Origin: an uncultured delta proteobacterium
Lineage (GTDB): Bacteria; Desulfobacterota; Binatia; UBA9968
Length of the DNA: 64,000 nucleotides
Direction: 5' to 3'
NCBI GenBank assembly: GCA_963727625.1
Contig: CAVSHR010000004.1
Coordinates: 1,536,001-1,600,000, forward strand
Shown here: positions 43,463-53,230 of the stretch, in pieces
How positions within the stretch are numbered: position 1 is the stretch's first letter
How the letters are laid out: every line of letters starts with the position of its first letter
The notes under the pieces: model-generated
Told to the model about the DNA's origin: nothing
Databases searched by the model: none
What the model saw: only the letters and a program-made list of their open reading frames with translations
Position numbers and translations under genes: made by a program

Positions 43463-45434
43463 GTTTCTCGATGGCGCGGGCCTTGCGAAGCACCGGTAAC
43501 AGCAGCTTTCGCCGCAAGTCGCGCCGCGGCCGGCTATTGGCGTAATAGTGCAAAAAGCGCAGCCGATCGAATCGGCTCAGCGGCAACGCCAGCGACGAGT
43601 AATGAAGCTGCGCCAAATCTTTCACGATCCAACGCCGACCCGGAAACCTGCCACGGCCGACCCTTTGCAAATCGATAATTTTTAAATCCGGCCCGTTCTC
43701 GGCGTCGAACCTGGCAAAGATATGACAGAGGTAAAAGTCTTGATGATTGAATTCGGCGCCGTGCATGTTACGGGCGAGCTCGGCCGTGGCCCGAATCAAC
43801 AACCGCTTCTCGCGCCGGGCGGCGTCGGATAGCGGCGCAACCAAGCGCGCTGCAATATACCGATCGAGCGGCAAATAACCGTCCAGCCGCAGGGTCATGA
43901 GGAAGGACTCGCGGCTTCCGTCGGCTAGTAGGCGCTCGCCGGCGGCCACAGGCGTGGCGGTGGGGAGTCCGGCGGATTGGAATTGCAGGATATTGCGCCA
44001 TTCTTGGATGCCCTGACTCTTGGCTTGCAGACCGGCAGCCGCCAAGACTCGCGTGATCCAGGAGCCCCGCCGGCGATGAAACTTGAAAAAACAGACCTGT
44101 TCTCGTCCTTCACCGGCGAGGTTTAACAGTGAAATGCGTTTGTTGCGGTTGTACTCGATCTGGGTGCGTTGTGAGGTGTGTAAAATTGCCGCAAAGCCGG
44201 TCAGGCCCTGGCGCCGCAATAGCTGCAGAAATTTTTCATTGACCCACAGATCCGGCTCGATCCGAACCGGCGCCACTTCGCTCGGCGCGCGCGCCGATGC
44301 TTCCAAAACGGCGACGACCTGGCGTAGATGATCCGCCATCGCTAGCTGGTTCACTCGCCGGTAGGACGCGCCAGCCGCGACCGCGCTTCGTTCATGGCTC
44401 GCTATGGCGCGAATCCGGCGCGCCCACTCGTCCGCACTGGCATCCGCTGCCAGGACAAAACCGTTTTGACCCTCGTCGATAAATTCCGCCGCGCCGTTCA
44501 TCGCCGTCGTGAGCACCGGCAAGCCGCATGCCACGGCCTCCAGACAAACCGTGGCGCAGGGGTCGTAACGCGTCGGCAGAATGAAAACATCGGCCGCCGC
44601 GAAATAGCGCTCGATGTCGGTGACCGCGCCGGTAAATAGCGTCACGTCGGCCACACCGAGTCTCTTAGCCCGGCGCCCGAAACGCGCAATTGCACCGCCA
44701 CCGACGACGATAAGCCGAAGCGGTACATCGTTATGACCGAGTTTGGCCAACGCGGCGAGCGCCAACGCTAACCCTTTGCGCTGGAAATTATTGGCGGCGA
44801 AAAGCAGCGCGACTTCACGGTCACCGAGGCCTAGTTCGCCCCGGGTAATAGCGCGCCAGCGCTCGCGCGCCTGCGGATTGAATCGCGCCGCGTTGAGCCA
44901 GGGGTAGATAACCGTAATCCGCTCGGCGGGCACGCCGTATAGTCGCCGCACCTGGCGCCCGACTAATTTGGAGTTGGCGATGCAGTCTACCGATGGCGAG
45001 GTCAGAATTATTTTCTCCAGCGACAAATTGACTGCCATGACCGCGCGCTTCAAACACATCACCCAGCGCACCAGGGCGCGTGGCCAGGCTAGCCGCGCCC
45101 ACACGCGGTACAGACCGTCGCCGAGCCAGAAAACCTGTTGGGGTAGGAACGGCGTCATGCCAAGGACGGCGTCGTAGTCCGCCCTGCACAGAAGTCGGCG
45201 CAGGTTAAAATGAAACAACAACACCCGCAGCCATGCCGGTTTTTTCACCATCGCCACTCGGTGATAGATCACACCCGCAAGCTTGGGACTGTCCCAGTTA
45301 TAAGCGAAAGCATGGACTTCGTGCCCCGCTTCCGCGAGAGCACGGATCAAATCCACCGCGTAGCGTTCCGCCCCGCCCTTCTTGACCGTCAAGTAGGGCC
45401 GGACCACGGCGATTTTGAGCGGGCCGCGTTTCAA
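43350..45434 (-). CDS. Fusion of GT4 (WaaG-like) glycosyltransferase and WaaP-like heptose kinase
   Basis: GGAERY, NFQRKG, PTRYDPCATVCLEAVACGLPV; then HQDFYLCHIF, IIDLQR, WIVKDLAQLHYS. TTG start overlaps the upstream stop. Confidence 0.88.
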   Translation of the reverse strand: MKRGPLKIAVVRPYLTVKKGGAERYAVDLIRALAEAGHEVHAFAYNWDSPKLAGVIYHRVAMVKKPAWLRVLLFHFNLRRLLCRADYDAVLGMTPFLPQQVFWLGDGLYRVWARLAWPRALVRWVMCLKRAVMAVNLSLEKIILTSPSVDCIANSKLVGRQVRRLYGVPAERITVIYPWLNAARFNPQARERWRAITRGELGLGDREVALLFAANNFQRKGLALALAALAKLGHNDVPLRLIVVGGGAIARFGRRAKRLGVADVTLFTGAVTDIERYFAAADVFILPTRYDPCATVCLEAVACGLPVLTTAMNGAAEFIDEGQNGFVLAADASADEWARRIRAIASHERSAVAAGASYRRVNQLAMADHLRQVVAVLEASARAPSEVAPVRIEPDLWVNEKFLQLLRRQGLTGFAAILHTSQRTQIEYNRNKRISLLNLAGEGREQVCFFKFHRRRGSWITRVLAAAGLQAKSQGIQEWRNILQFQSAGLPTATPVAAGERLLADGSRESFLMTLRLDGYLPLDRYIAARLVAPLSDAARREKRLLIRATAELARNMHGAEFNHQDFYLCHIFARFDAENGPDLKIIDLQRVGRGRFPGRRWIVKDLAQLHYSSLALPLSRFDRLRFLHYYANSRPRRDLRRKLLLPVLRKARAIEKHDAKLRVRQPRSEFTDPFDVSLPIGGPVSPHEIDTWK

Positions 45435-46501
45435 CGGCAGATCCCCGCGCTGGACTGTGCACCGGTCGTTTGGTTTCGGGACGCTCGGCTTCGCAGCAGC
45501 GCCAAAGCCGCGCCGAGGACTTCGTCGACGCTGATCGATGTGAGACACTGCTGCGCATGGGCGCAGCGCTGGCGGTCGCAACCGCGGCACGGAAAATCTT
45601 TTTTGAGCGCGACGTTGGCCGGGCCGTAGGGGCCAACCCGCCGCGGCTCGGTGGGACCGAATATCCCTATCACCGGCGTACCCACGGCGGCCGCCAAATG
45701 CATTGGGCCCGAGTCGTTACTGATCACCAGCGCCGCCCTTCGCAGCAGTGCCGTGAGTTGGAGCAAAGTAGTCGCGCCCGCCAAATTAATCGCGGTACAT
45801 CTGAGCCGGCGCATCACTTCGCTTGCTTGAGAATTCTGTTCGCTACCGGCGATCAATAAGATCCGCGCGTTGTGCTCCGCGGACAGGCGGTCAACGACTT
45901 CGGCAAATCGCTCCGGTGGCCAGCGCTTGGTTTCCCAGCGCGCCGCCGGATGAATGACCACCGCGCTCTGAGCGCCGCCAAGCCGTTCTCTCAGCCAAAG
46001 CGCTTCCAACCAATCCTCGGCTTTGCGCGACCGCGGTAACGGAAAGCTCGGCGGTGCGTCACCGGGCAGTCCGATCTGGCGTAAGAGATCGAGATTGCGC
46101 TCCACCGCGTGTACGGCGTTGCTGGCAGGCTCGATGCGCAAAGTATAACACCAACGGCTTCCCTCGCGGCTATCGGCGAAGCCGATGCGCGTCGGCGCGT
46201 GGGTCATCAAGCCGGCAACCCCGCTGCGCAGCAGGCCCTGGAGATCGATGACCATATCGTAGCGACAACGGCGAAAGCTGTTTCTCAACACTCGCCACGC
46301 CGCGAGATGCTTCGGTAACAGCAGCACTTCATTGAGGGCCGGCTGGTCCAGCAGCAATTCGGCCCATTCCTCCTTGACCAGCCAGTCCATGGTCGTTTGC
46401 GGCCAATGGCGCCGTAACAAAGCAAGCACGGGGAGAGCGTGAATGATATCGCCGAAGGAACTCGGTTTAATTATTAAAAGTCGGCGCGGCGCGGTGATCA
46501 T
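45431..46501 (-). CDS. GT9 LPS heptosyltransferase (WaaC/WaaF-like)
   Basis: LIIKPSSFGDIIH, IDLQGLLRS, TKRWP, SNDSGPMHLAAAVG. Confidence 0.93.
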   Translation of the reverse strand: MITAPRRLLIIKPSSFGDIIHALPVLALLRRHWPQTTMDWLVKEEWAELLLDQPALNEVLLLPKHLAAWRVLRNSFRRCRYDMVIDLQGLLRSGVAGLMTHAPTRIGFADSREGSRWCYTLRIEPASNAVHAVERNLDLLRQIGLPGDAPPSFPLPRSRKAEDWLEALWLRERLGGAQSAVVIHPAARWETKRWPPERFAEVVDRLSAEHNARILLIAGSEQNSQASEVMRRLRCTAINLAGATTLLQLTALLRRAALVISNDSGPMHLAAAVGTPVIGIFGPTEPRRVGPYGPANVALKKDFPCRGCDRQRCAHAQQCLTSISVDEVLGAALALLRSRASRNQTTGAQSSAGICR

Positions 46502-46670
46502 CGGACGTGCCCCCGCTCTACTCGTATCGCAACCCAGGCAAGGCATCCGATGCTGGCGACCGCCAACGACGCGCTGGCGAACGACCGGGCGGCGGATCCC
46601 GTAGTTGGTCGCTGTTGGACGCCATGGCGAGCCGTTTTCACAATGATATGGACCACCGGCAACGACACGC

Positions 46671-48131
46671 TCAAAGGCATAGCGACTGAAAAGCCAAGAT
46701 TATTGCCAGCGACTTCGACGCGACTTCCGCGGCAAAGGAACGCATCTGCGCCACGCTTACTTCGCATCTGAGCAGGTCATCGATGATCGCCATATTCCGG
46801 TCGACGACGCCCTGATTTCTGGTCACCAGCGCGCAGGCTTTTCGGCCCATTTCCGCCGCTACTTCCGGTGCGCCGATGAGGTGCTCGATATGGCCGGCCA
46901 ACTCCGCGCCGCTGTGAACGCGAATCGCCGCCCCTTCCCGTTCCGTCGTTTCAGCAATACTGCTGTAGTTTTCCATATGCGGACCGAAGAAAAGCGGTTT
47001 ACCCCAGGCCGCCGGTTCGAGGATATTATGGCCGCCGCGCTGGATGAAGCTGCCGCCGACGAAAACAAAGTGAGCCAGGCCGTAAAGTCTCGGCAGGTTG
47101 CCCACCGAATCGACCAGCGCAATGTGATCGGGCTGCCAGGCTTCGAACGCCGACCAGCGCTGCGACGCATAGCCGAGCCGACGGATCAACCCTTCCACCG
47201 TCGCGAGCCGTTCCAGATGGCGCGGCGCGATCATGAGAAATACTTCGTGTTTATTTCCGCGCAACCGGCGGTAGCAGTCGAGCAGCTCTTCCTCCTCGCC
47301 AGGATGTGTGCTGCCGGCGATCAACAATACCGCTCCCGGCGGCAACGGGTAGCGTCCATCTTCCAGCGGTGGCGCGTCGAGCTGGCCGAGGGCCTGGGCG
47401 AATTTTAAATTGCCGGTGACGCTTATCTTGCTGGGAGGGACGCCGATCTTGAGCAACCGCTCGGCGTCGACTTCGGTTTGCACGCAAATATGATTGAGCA
47501 GACCGAACACCGAGCGAAAGAAGAAGCGGAACTTCACCCGGCGTTGCGAGATGCGGCCGTTTACCAGTACCGACGGCACGTTATGCCGGGCCAGACACTG
47601 CAGCAGCGCCGGCCAGAGATCGGTTTCGACGATCAAGAATATCGTCGGCGCGACTTTAGCGACCACGCGTCGAACCACCCAAGCCGCATCGAGAGGACAA
47701 TAAAAGACTCGATCCGCGGCGATCCGATTGGCTACCGAAACCGCCCGGCCTGCGGGCGTCGCAGTCGAAAACATGATGCAACTTCGCGGGTAGCGCGCGC
47801 GAATGGCGCCAACGAGCGGAATTGCCGCCGTCACCTCGCCTGCGGAAACCGCGTGCAGCCAGAAACACGGCGCCGCTGGTTCCGCGCATTCCGAGCCGGG
47901 GACATGAGCCGGCGCCCCGTTCTCGCCCACCGCTATTCTATCTATTTTACCGAAGCGCTCGGAAAAGCTCGCTAAGTAATCGCGCCGGCGCACGAGCTTG
48001 ATCAACAACCAAAGCAGGATCAGCGGCAAAAACAGCAGAACCAACATGTGGTATAAAATAAACATCGAACGATCGTCGTCAATCTTCCGGACGCCGCTCT
48101 GCGAAAGCCCTCCGGTTGCTGGCCGGCTCAT
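46671..48131 (-). CDS. waaA: Kdo transferase
   Basis: WLHAVSAGEV, ETDLWP, VNGRIS, TGNLKF, AGSTHPGEE, APRHLER, GGHNILEPA. Confidence 0.95.
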   Translation of the reverse strand: MSRPATGGLSQSGVRKIDDDRSMFILYHMLVLLFLPLILLWLLIKLVRRRDYLASFSERFGKIDRIAVGENGAPAHVPGSECAEPAAPCFWLHAVSAGEVTAAIPLVGAIRARYPRSCIMFSTATPAGRAVSVANRIAADRVFYCPLDAAWVVRRVVAKVAPTIFLIVETDLWPALLQCLARHNVPSVLVNGRISQRRVKFRFFFRSVFGLLNHICVQTEVDAERLLKIGVPPSKISVTGNLKFAQALGQLDAPPLEDGRYPLPPGAVLLIAGSTHPGEEEELLDCYRRLRGNKHEVFLMIAPRHLERLATVEGLIRRLGYASQRWSAFEAWQPDHIALVDSVGNLPRLYGLAHFVFVGGSFIQRGGHNILEPAAWGKPLFFGPHMENYSSIAETTEREGAAIRVHSGAELAGHIEHLIGAPEVAAEMGRKACALVTRNQGVVDRNMAIIDDLLRCEVSVAQMRSFAAEVASKSLAIILAFQSLCL

Positions 48132-48181
48132 TCAACCCGTTCGTGAATACCTGCCTCGGCAAATTCATCGGCTTCGCTGCG

Positions 48182-49600
48182 CTAATTGAGCTGCGGCAAA
48201 TCGACCATTTCATGGATATTGCCGCGGACCCGCGCGGCGTGAAATCCATCCTCGTGCTCGGCAACAATCATCGGCAGACCGTAGCGCGGCACCATGGTTA
48301 CTTGAAAGGCCCGTTCGACTCTTGCTCCTTCGACCATGCGAAAACTGAACCGCGGCAGGATAGCGCCGAGCACCTGCTTCATCATCCGCATGGCGAAGAC
48401 CGGACCGATGCATTGCCGCGGCCCGGCGCTGAACGGAATATATTCATAGTGGCCCGGATTAATCGTGCGCCAACGCTGCGGATCGAAGCGGTTCGGATTG
48501 GGATAACGCTCCGGAATTCTATGGGTTAGGTAATGACTGCAAATAACCCGGTCGCCCCTGCGCAGGACCAAATTCATCAGCTCCGTGGGCGTCGTCACGG
48601 CCCGCAAGGTCAACGCCACCGCGGGCAAAACACGCATCGACTCCTTGATTACCGCATCCAGCAACGGCAAATTTTCCAAATCGCGGTCGCACGCCGCGCT
48701 TATTTCGTCGCGCAAGGCTAGAGCCACCATCGGAAACTGCGCCAGCAAAAACAATGTCCAGCTAAGAGTCGTCGCGGTGGTTTCAAAGCTCGCGGCAAAT
48801 AAAATCGCCGCTTGTCCGAATAAATCGTTTTCAGTGACGTGAGCCCTACCCTCATCGCGCGCTCTGATCAGCACGGACAAGACATCGCCGCGGTGATTTT
48901 TATCAGCCCGCCGGCGCCGGATCATTTCCTGGATCACCCCGGCTAAACGCTCGGCGTACTTGAGCAAACCGTGAAAAGAAGTACCAGGGCAGTCGACCGG
49001 GAAGTAGGTCGATCCAAAGGTGTAGCTGCGCTGAAACCACTCATCCACCATGGAACCGAAGGATAAAGAGGATTCGCCGCCGGTTTCGCCGAAAAGAGTC
49101 TCTCCGGAAATCCGCATGGTGATGCGGCGCATCTCCTCGTCCATGTCAACGACACCGCCGGCCCGCCAGCGGCCGAGCTCGTCGGCGATAATCGCCTGCA
49201 TGATCGGTGTATAGCGATCCACCGCGCTTTTCATCACCGCCGGCATCACCAGCTGGCGCTGCAAACGATGTTTCGGCTCTTTCATGCGCGTCAAGCCTTG
49301 GCGCAGCTTGCTTTGCCATGAGCCGCGCGGACCGGGTATGCCCTGACCGCCGGTGCGGAACAACTCGGGATGACCGAGGACTTCTTGGTTCCACACCGGT
49401 CCGAAGGCAAAGACGGTAGTTCTGCGCGGACCGCCCAAGGGCAAGGGCGGCCGCAGCGCGCAAAAGTCGCCGTAGCGCTTTTGCACCGCGATGAGGCAAC
49501 CGATCGGATCGCGTAAATAGTATAGATACCACCGCCAGGTGGCAGTGCCCCGCAAAAGCACTGCGGCACCGACGCTTGAATTGGCTGACGAGTCGCGCAC
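48182..49600 (-). CDS. Cytochrome P450
   Basis: I-helix AASFETT, K-helix KESMR, FDPQRW, heme ligand PFSAGPRQCIG. Confidence 0.96.
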   Translation of the reverse strand: MRDSSANSSVGAAVLLRGTATWRWYLYYLRDPIGCLIAVQKRYGDFCALRPPLPLGGPRRTTVFAFGPVWNQEVLGHPELFRTGGQGIPGPRGSWQSKLRQGLTRMKEPKHRLQRQLVMPAVMKSAVDRYTPIMQAIIADELGRWRAGGVVDMDEEMRRITMRISGETLFGETGGESSLSFGSMVDEWFQRSYTFGSTYFPVDCPGTSFHGLLKYAERLAGVIQEMIRRRRADKNHRGDVLSVLIRARDEGRAHVTENDLFGQAAILFAASFETTATTLSWTLFLLAQFPMVALALRDEISAACDRDLENLPLLDAVIKESMRVLPAVALTLRAVTTPTELMNLVLRRGDRVICSHYLTHRIPERYPNPNRFDPQRWRTINPGHYEYIPFSAGPRQCIGPVFAMRMMKQVLGAILPRFSFRMVEGARVERAFQVTMVPRYGLPMIVAEHEDGFHAARVRGNIHEMVDLPQLN

Positions 49601-49683
49601 TTTAGCGGATATTATGTCCGGTAAACGTGAGCGTCAACCGAAATGACCGTTAATTTGGCGGTGGCAAAGATAATAATATTGTT

Positions 49684-51249
49684 TCAAATTTCCCGGGACA
49701 GCTTGACAATCCGGCGAAAAAACTTTCGCGGCTGCGCGCCGGCGCGTTCACCGAGATAAGACTTTACAAATCTTAGCCGATCCGCCGCCGTGAATGACTG
49801 GCAGGAGGCAACAGCACGCAGCAAGCGCGCGCTATTTTTTGCTCGTACTCGCCATGACACCGCTTTGCAAATAAAGCCGTCAAAGTCAATAATCTTGAGA
49901 TTGTAGCGGTTTTCGCTGCCTTGCTGAACCATGATGTTTTCCGCTTTGAGATCGCGGTGCGCGACGCCGCGGTCATGCATCCGTCTGAGCATCAATGCCA
50001 GCGCTCGGATCAGCTCTAGCTTGGCGCGCCGATCGTCGCTTTGGCGCGCCAAAACCTCCGACAATTCGTTCCCCGCAGCCTCGCTGGTGATCAAATAGCT
50101 CTCCCGTAGTACCCGCCAGCGACGGCGCTCGATATAGGCTACGGGAAGCGCCACACCGACACCGCGCATGAAGCAACTATTGCCGGCGCGCCACACTCGC
50201 TTGGCCCGCGAGGCGCGAAGGAAATCTTTCAGCGCGTACGCGACACCTTGATAGTTGTAGCGCTTAACGAACAACGCATGTTCCGCGAGCGCTACCTCTC
50301 CGACGGTCGTGGTGCGGGAGTCCTTGACGATGGAGGCCTTGGAAAATAGCCTGCCGGGATTGGCAAGCAAAGATTGCAATTCGTCATTCCACGCGCCGCG
50401 TCGGACAAAACCCCTGAATTCGCCGTTTCGAAACCGGGAGAATTCTCGATTGTCGGCCAGGCAGCGCTTTTGCCTCGAGCGCCAAACATCGAGGCGATGA
50501 CGCTGCCCCGCCTTATCCAAGTGCCGCGTCAAGCGCCGCTCATCGATGGCCAAGATCGGACGCAAAGATAGATAAGCCTTCAGGAAACGGCGGCGATCGG
50601 TCCGACTCGCACTAACGCATCCGCCATGCAGCGCGGCGAGGTCTCGCCAGCGCTTGGCGGTTGCGCGCAGAGCATCGATATTGACTCTTTGCAGATCGAG
50701 GAGAAACAGTTGGGACTTGGCCCCGCAGTCGCGATAGAGCAGATTGCCGAGATGAAGATCGCGCTGATAAAAGCCCTCGTCGTGCATGGCTCGGATCGAC
50801 AGCGCCGCTTGGCGCAAGATTCGCCATTTTTTTGACGGCGGCTCTTGGCCGCCAAAAAGTTCTTCCAGGGACACCGCATCATCGACAAACTCGGTCACCA
50901 ACAAGCTCTGCCGTGTCGATCCCTGACGCCGCCAGCCGAGGGCAAGAGCCTTGGGCACGGCCAGGCCGCGCCGTTCGGCTTCGCGCAGGGCGCGCCACTC
51001 GCGCAGCGCCGGCGCGCCGCGCCAGAAATTTTTCACTTGATCGAGCACGCCGCGGTGAAAAAATTGCTTGACGATCAGCGCCGGCCGACCGGGAACATAC
51101 AAGACGCGCCGGCGCTGGGTGTAGCGAAGAATTCGACAGGGCAGCTTCGGCGGCAAATGGACAATCGCGCGGGCAGCGGCGCAGTCGGCGAGTTCGCCCC
51201 AGATAACGCCTTCAAGATCGAGCTCGCAAGCCCGGTACGCCTCATCCAT
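49684..51249 (-). CDS. Tandem two-domain Kdo/WaaP (InaA-like) LPS kinase
   Basis: Domain 1: ALREW, QRDLHLGNLL, LLDLQR, DRRRFLKAY. Domain 2: SRAKRVW, HRDLKAENI, IIDFDG, DRLRFVKSY. Confidence 0.9.
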   Translation of the reverse strand: MDEAYRACELDLEGVIWGELADCAAARAIVHLPPKLPCRILRYTQRRRVLYVPGRPALIVKQFFHRGVLDQVKNFWRGAPALREWRALREAERRGLAVPKALALGWRRQGSTRQSLLVTEFVDDAVSLEELFGGQEPPSKKWRILRQAALSIRAMHDEGFYQRDLHLGNLLYRDCGAKSQLFLLDLQRVNIDALRATAKRWRDLAALHGGCVSASRTDRRRFLKAYLSLRPILAIDERRLTRHLDKAGQRHRLDVWRSRQKRCLADNREFSRFRNGEFRGFVRRGAWNDELQSLLANPGRLFSKASIVKDSRTTTVGEVALAEHALFVKRYNYQGVAYALKDFLRASRAKRVWRAGNSCFMRGVGVALPVAYIERRRWRVLRESYLITSEAAGNELSEVLARQSDDRRAKLELIRALALMLRRMHDRGVAHRDLKAENIMVQQGSENRYNLKIIDFDGFICKAVSWRVRAKNSARLLRAVASCQSFTAADRLRFVKSYLGERAGAQPRKFFRRIVKLSREI

Positions 51250-52015
51250 CTTTCCGTCCGGCGGATGACTTTTTGAGCGCGCGGCCAAGCCGCTGGAAGC
51301 GGCAGGTAAAATCATAGAGTGACGAGAGTCGTCTCTGAAAGCGCTTGAGGGAAGTGAATTCGTCTACCGGAACCCTTTTCAGACGAAACTGATCCCGCCG
51401 CGCGTGCAGGTTGCCCCGGCGGATCGAACAAGCGAGCCGGTAACCGGCCTCCGCGGCGAGGCTTTGCGCCAGCGCATTATGATCGCCGTAGGGATAGGCG
51501 AAGCTGGTTGCGGCAACGCCGAGCTTTTCTTCGAGCTCGAGTCGTGAGTGCAAAAGCTCCCGCCTGGCTTCGTCCAGCGGCACCCGCGTGAGGCGCGGAT
51601 GGCTGATCGTATGCGAAGCGATTTCAATGCCATGCCGGCTGATTTCCTTAATCTGCGACCAACTCATCAACGGAGTTTGGCAGCCGCCGTCCCACCGGCT
51701 CGCGCCACCCACCTCGCGGGTGACGACAAACACCGTCGCGACAAAATTATGACGCGATAAAATCGGATATGCGTGTTGGTAGAAATTGTCGTAGCCGTCA
51801 TCAAAAGTGAGCGCGGCGATTTTGTTGTTTTCGCCGCCCTGACCGAGAATGATTGGCAAGGCCTCGCGCAGGCTGACGCAGCGGTAGCCGGCGCGCGCCA
51901 GATAATCCATTTGCTCGGCGAAGCGCTCGCTAGAAACCCACAAGCGGCGGTGCCCGAGCGGCTCCCGTTTCACGCCGACGTGGTGATAATAGAAAATCGG
52001 TAAGAGTCTCGCCAT
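51242..52015 (-). CDS. Polysaccharide deacetylase (CE4)
   Basis: YYHHV, LTFDDGY, ASHTISH, FAYPYG. Confidence 0.93.
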   Translation of the reverse strand: MARLLPIFYYHHVGVKREPLGHRRLWVSSERFAEQMDYLARAGYRCVSLREALPIILGQGGENNKIAALTFDDGYDNFYQHAYPILSRHNFVATVFVVTREVGGASRWDGGCQTPLMSWSQIKEISRHGIEIASHTISHPRLTRVPLDEARRELLHSRLELEEKLGVAATSFAYPYGDHNALAQSLAAEAGYRLACSIRRGNLHARRDQFRLKRVPVDEFTSLKRFQRRLSSLYDFTCRFQRLGRALKKSSAGRKDG

Positions 52016-53199
52016 CACGCTTCCGGTCGCGACGCTGCGCCGCTTTCCGTTACGGTGAAATCCGCGCGCTGCCCGTTTAGCAGCGCTTGATAGAGCTCCA
52101 GATGGCGCCTGGCCACCCTGTTCCAATGGAATTTGTCCACCCAGCGGCGCGCTTGCTCGCCCATGCGCTGGACGCCGGCCGAGTCGTCAAGCATGGTTGC
52201 CAACGCTTCGGTGAGCGCGGAGACGGAATCGGGCTCGAAGAGCACGCCGGTTTGGCCGTCGACGACGAGCTCTTTCAATCCAGAAACGGCACTGCCGGCC
52301 ACGGCTCGTCCCGCCGCGTAACTCTCCAATGCGACCAGGCCGAACGCCTCATCGAGCCGCGACGGGATAACGCTAAACAGCGCGTTCTGCAGCAGATAGG
52401 CCTTAGTCGCACCGTCGACCCAACCGACGAAGCAACACCGATCGGCCAATCCTAACTCCTTTGCCTGCGTTAAAAGCGCCGGGCCGTCGTCTCCCTCGCC
52501 GGCAATCACCAGTTGACATGAACGCTCCGTCGAGGCTTTAGCGAATGCGGCCAACAGGCAGTCCACGCCTTTTCTAACCCGCAAGCGGCCGAGGTAAAGA
52601 ATATAGTTGCCTGCTTGGACTCTGTCATCGAGCCCAACGGGCCGTTTATGGAGCCCACTCCAGCGTTCGATGTCGACGCCGTTGGGAATCCGCACAATCG
52701 ACCGCACTGCCGGACAAAGGCGCCGATACTCCGCTTCCATCGACTCGCTGAGGGCCACCAGAACGTCGGCTTGGGCCAACGCTTCGAGGTAGCGACCGCG
52801 AATCTGGCGTTTGGCCAGGCGCACATTTTCCTTGCCGAGCCCTCCCTCGTGGTTGGTCACGACGACGGGAACCGGCATCGCCGCGCGACAAAGCGCGGCG
52901 ATGTATCCAGGCGGATAGATGCCGTGGCAGTGCAACAAGTCGAAGCCTTCGCGCCGATAGAGCCGCAGCAAAGAACCCCGATACCAGCTCACAAATTTGT
53001 GGGTGGAATAAAACCGCGGATGGCGCACAACAGCGTAAGGAAGAGCCTTGTCCAGTGCCTTGAGCGGCCGGCGCGGCCGCGGCGCCAACACAACGACCTG
53101 GTGGCCCATGGCCGACATCGCTCGCCCCAGGGCGTCGACCACCACCTCTTGGCCGCCGCGTTTGGGCATCGCGGTGCTGGTGTAATAACAGATTTTCAG
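52015..53199 (-). CDS. GT4 glycosyltransferase; probable CTG start
   Basis: (M)KICYYTS...GGQE, IPNGVD, YLGRLRVRKG, EAFGLVALES. Confidence 0.9.
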   Translation of the reverse strand: MKICYYTSTAMPKRGGQEVVVDALGRAMSAMGHQVVVLAPRPRRPLKALDKALPYAVVRHPRFYSTHKFVSWYRGSLLRLYRREGFDLLHCHGIYPPGYIAALCRAAMPVPVVVTNHEGGLGKENVRLAKRQIRGRYLEALAQADVLVALSESMEAEYRRLCPAVRSIVRIPNGVDIERWSGLHKRPVGLDDRVQAGNYILYLGRLRVRKGVDCLLAAFAKASTERSCQLVIAGEGDDGPALLTQAKELGLADRCCFVGWVDGATKAYLLQNALFSVIPSRLDEAFGLVALESYAAGRAVAGSAVSGLKELVVDGQTGVLFEPDSVSALTEALATMLDDSAGVQRMGEQARRWVDKFHWNRVARRHLELYQALLNGQRADFTVTESGAASRPEA

Positions 53200-53230
53200 A
53201 TCGATGCTCCTTGGCGGCGTACGATCGCTT

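Noticed and set aside
46498-46767. 89 aa ORF between waaA and the heptosyltransferase
   Set aside because: Its stop overlaps the next ATG, but it overlaps waaA by about 100 nt and has no recognisable motif; not enough support.
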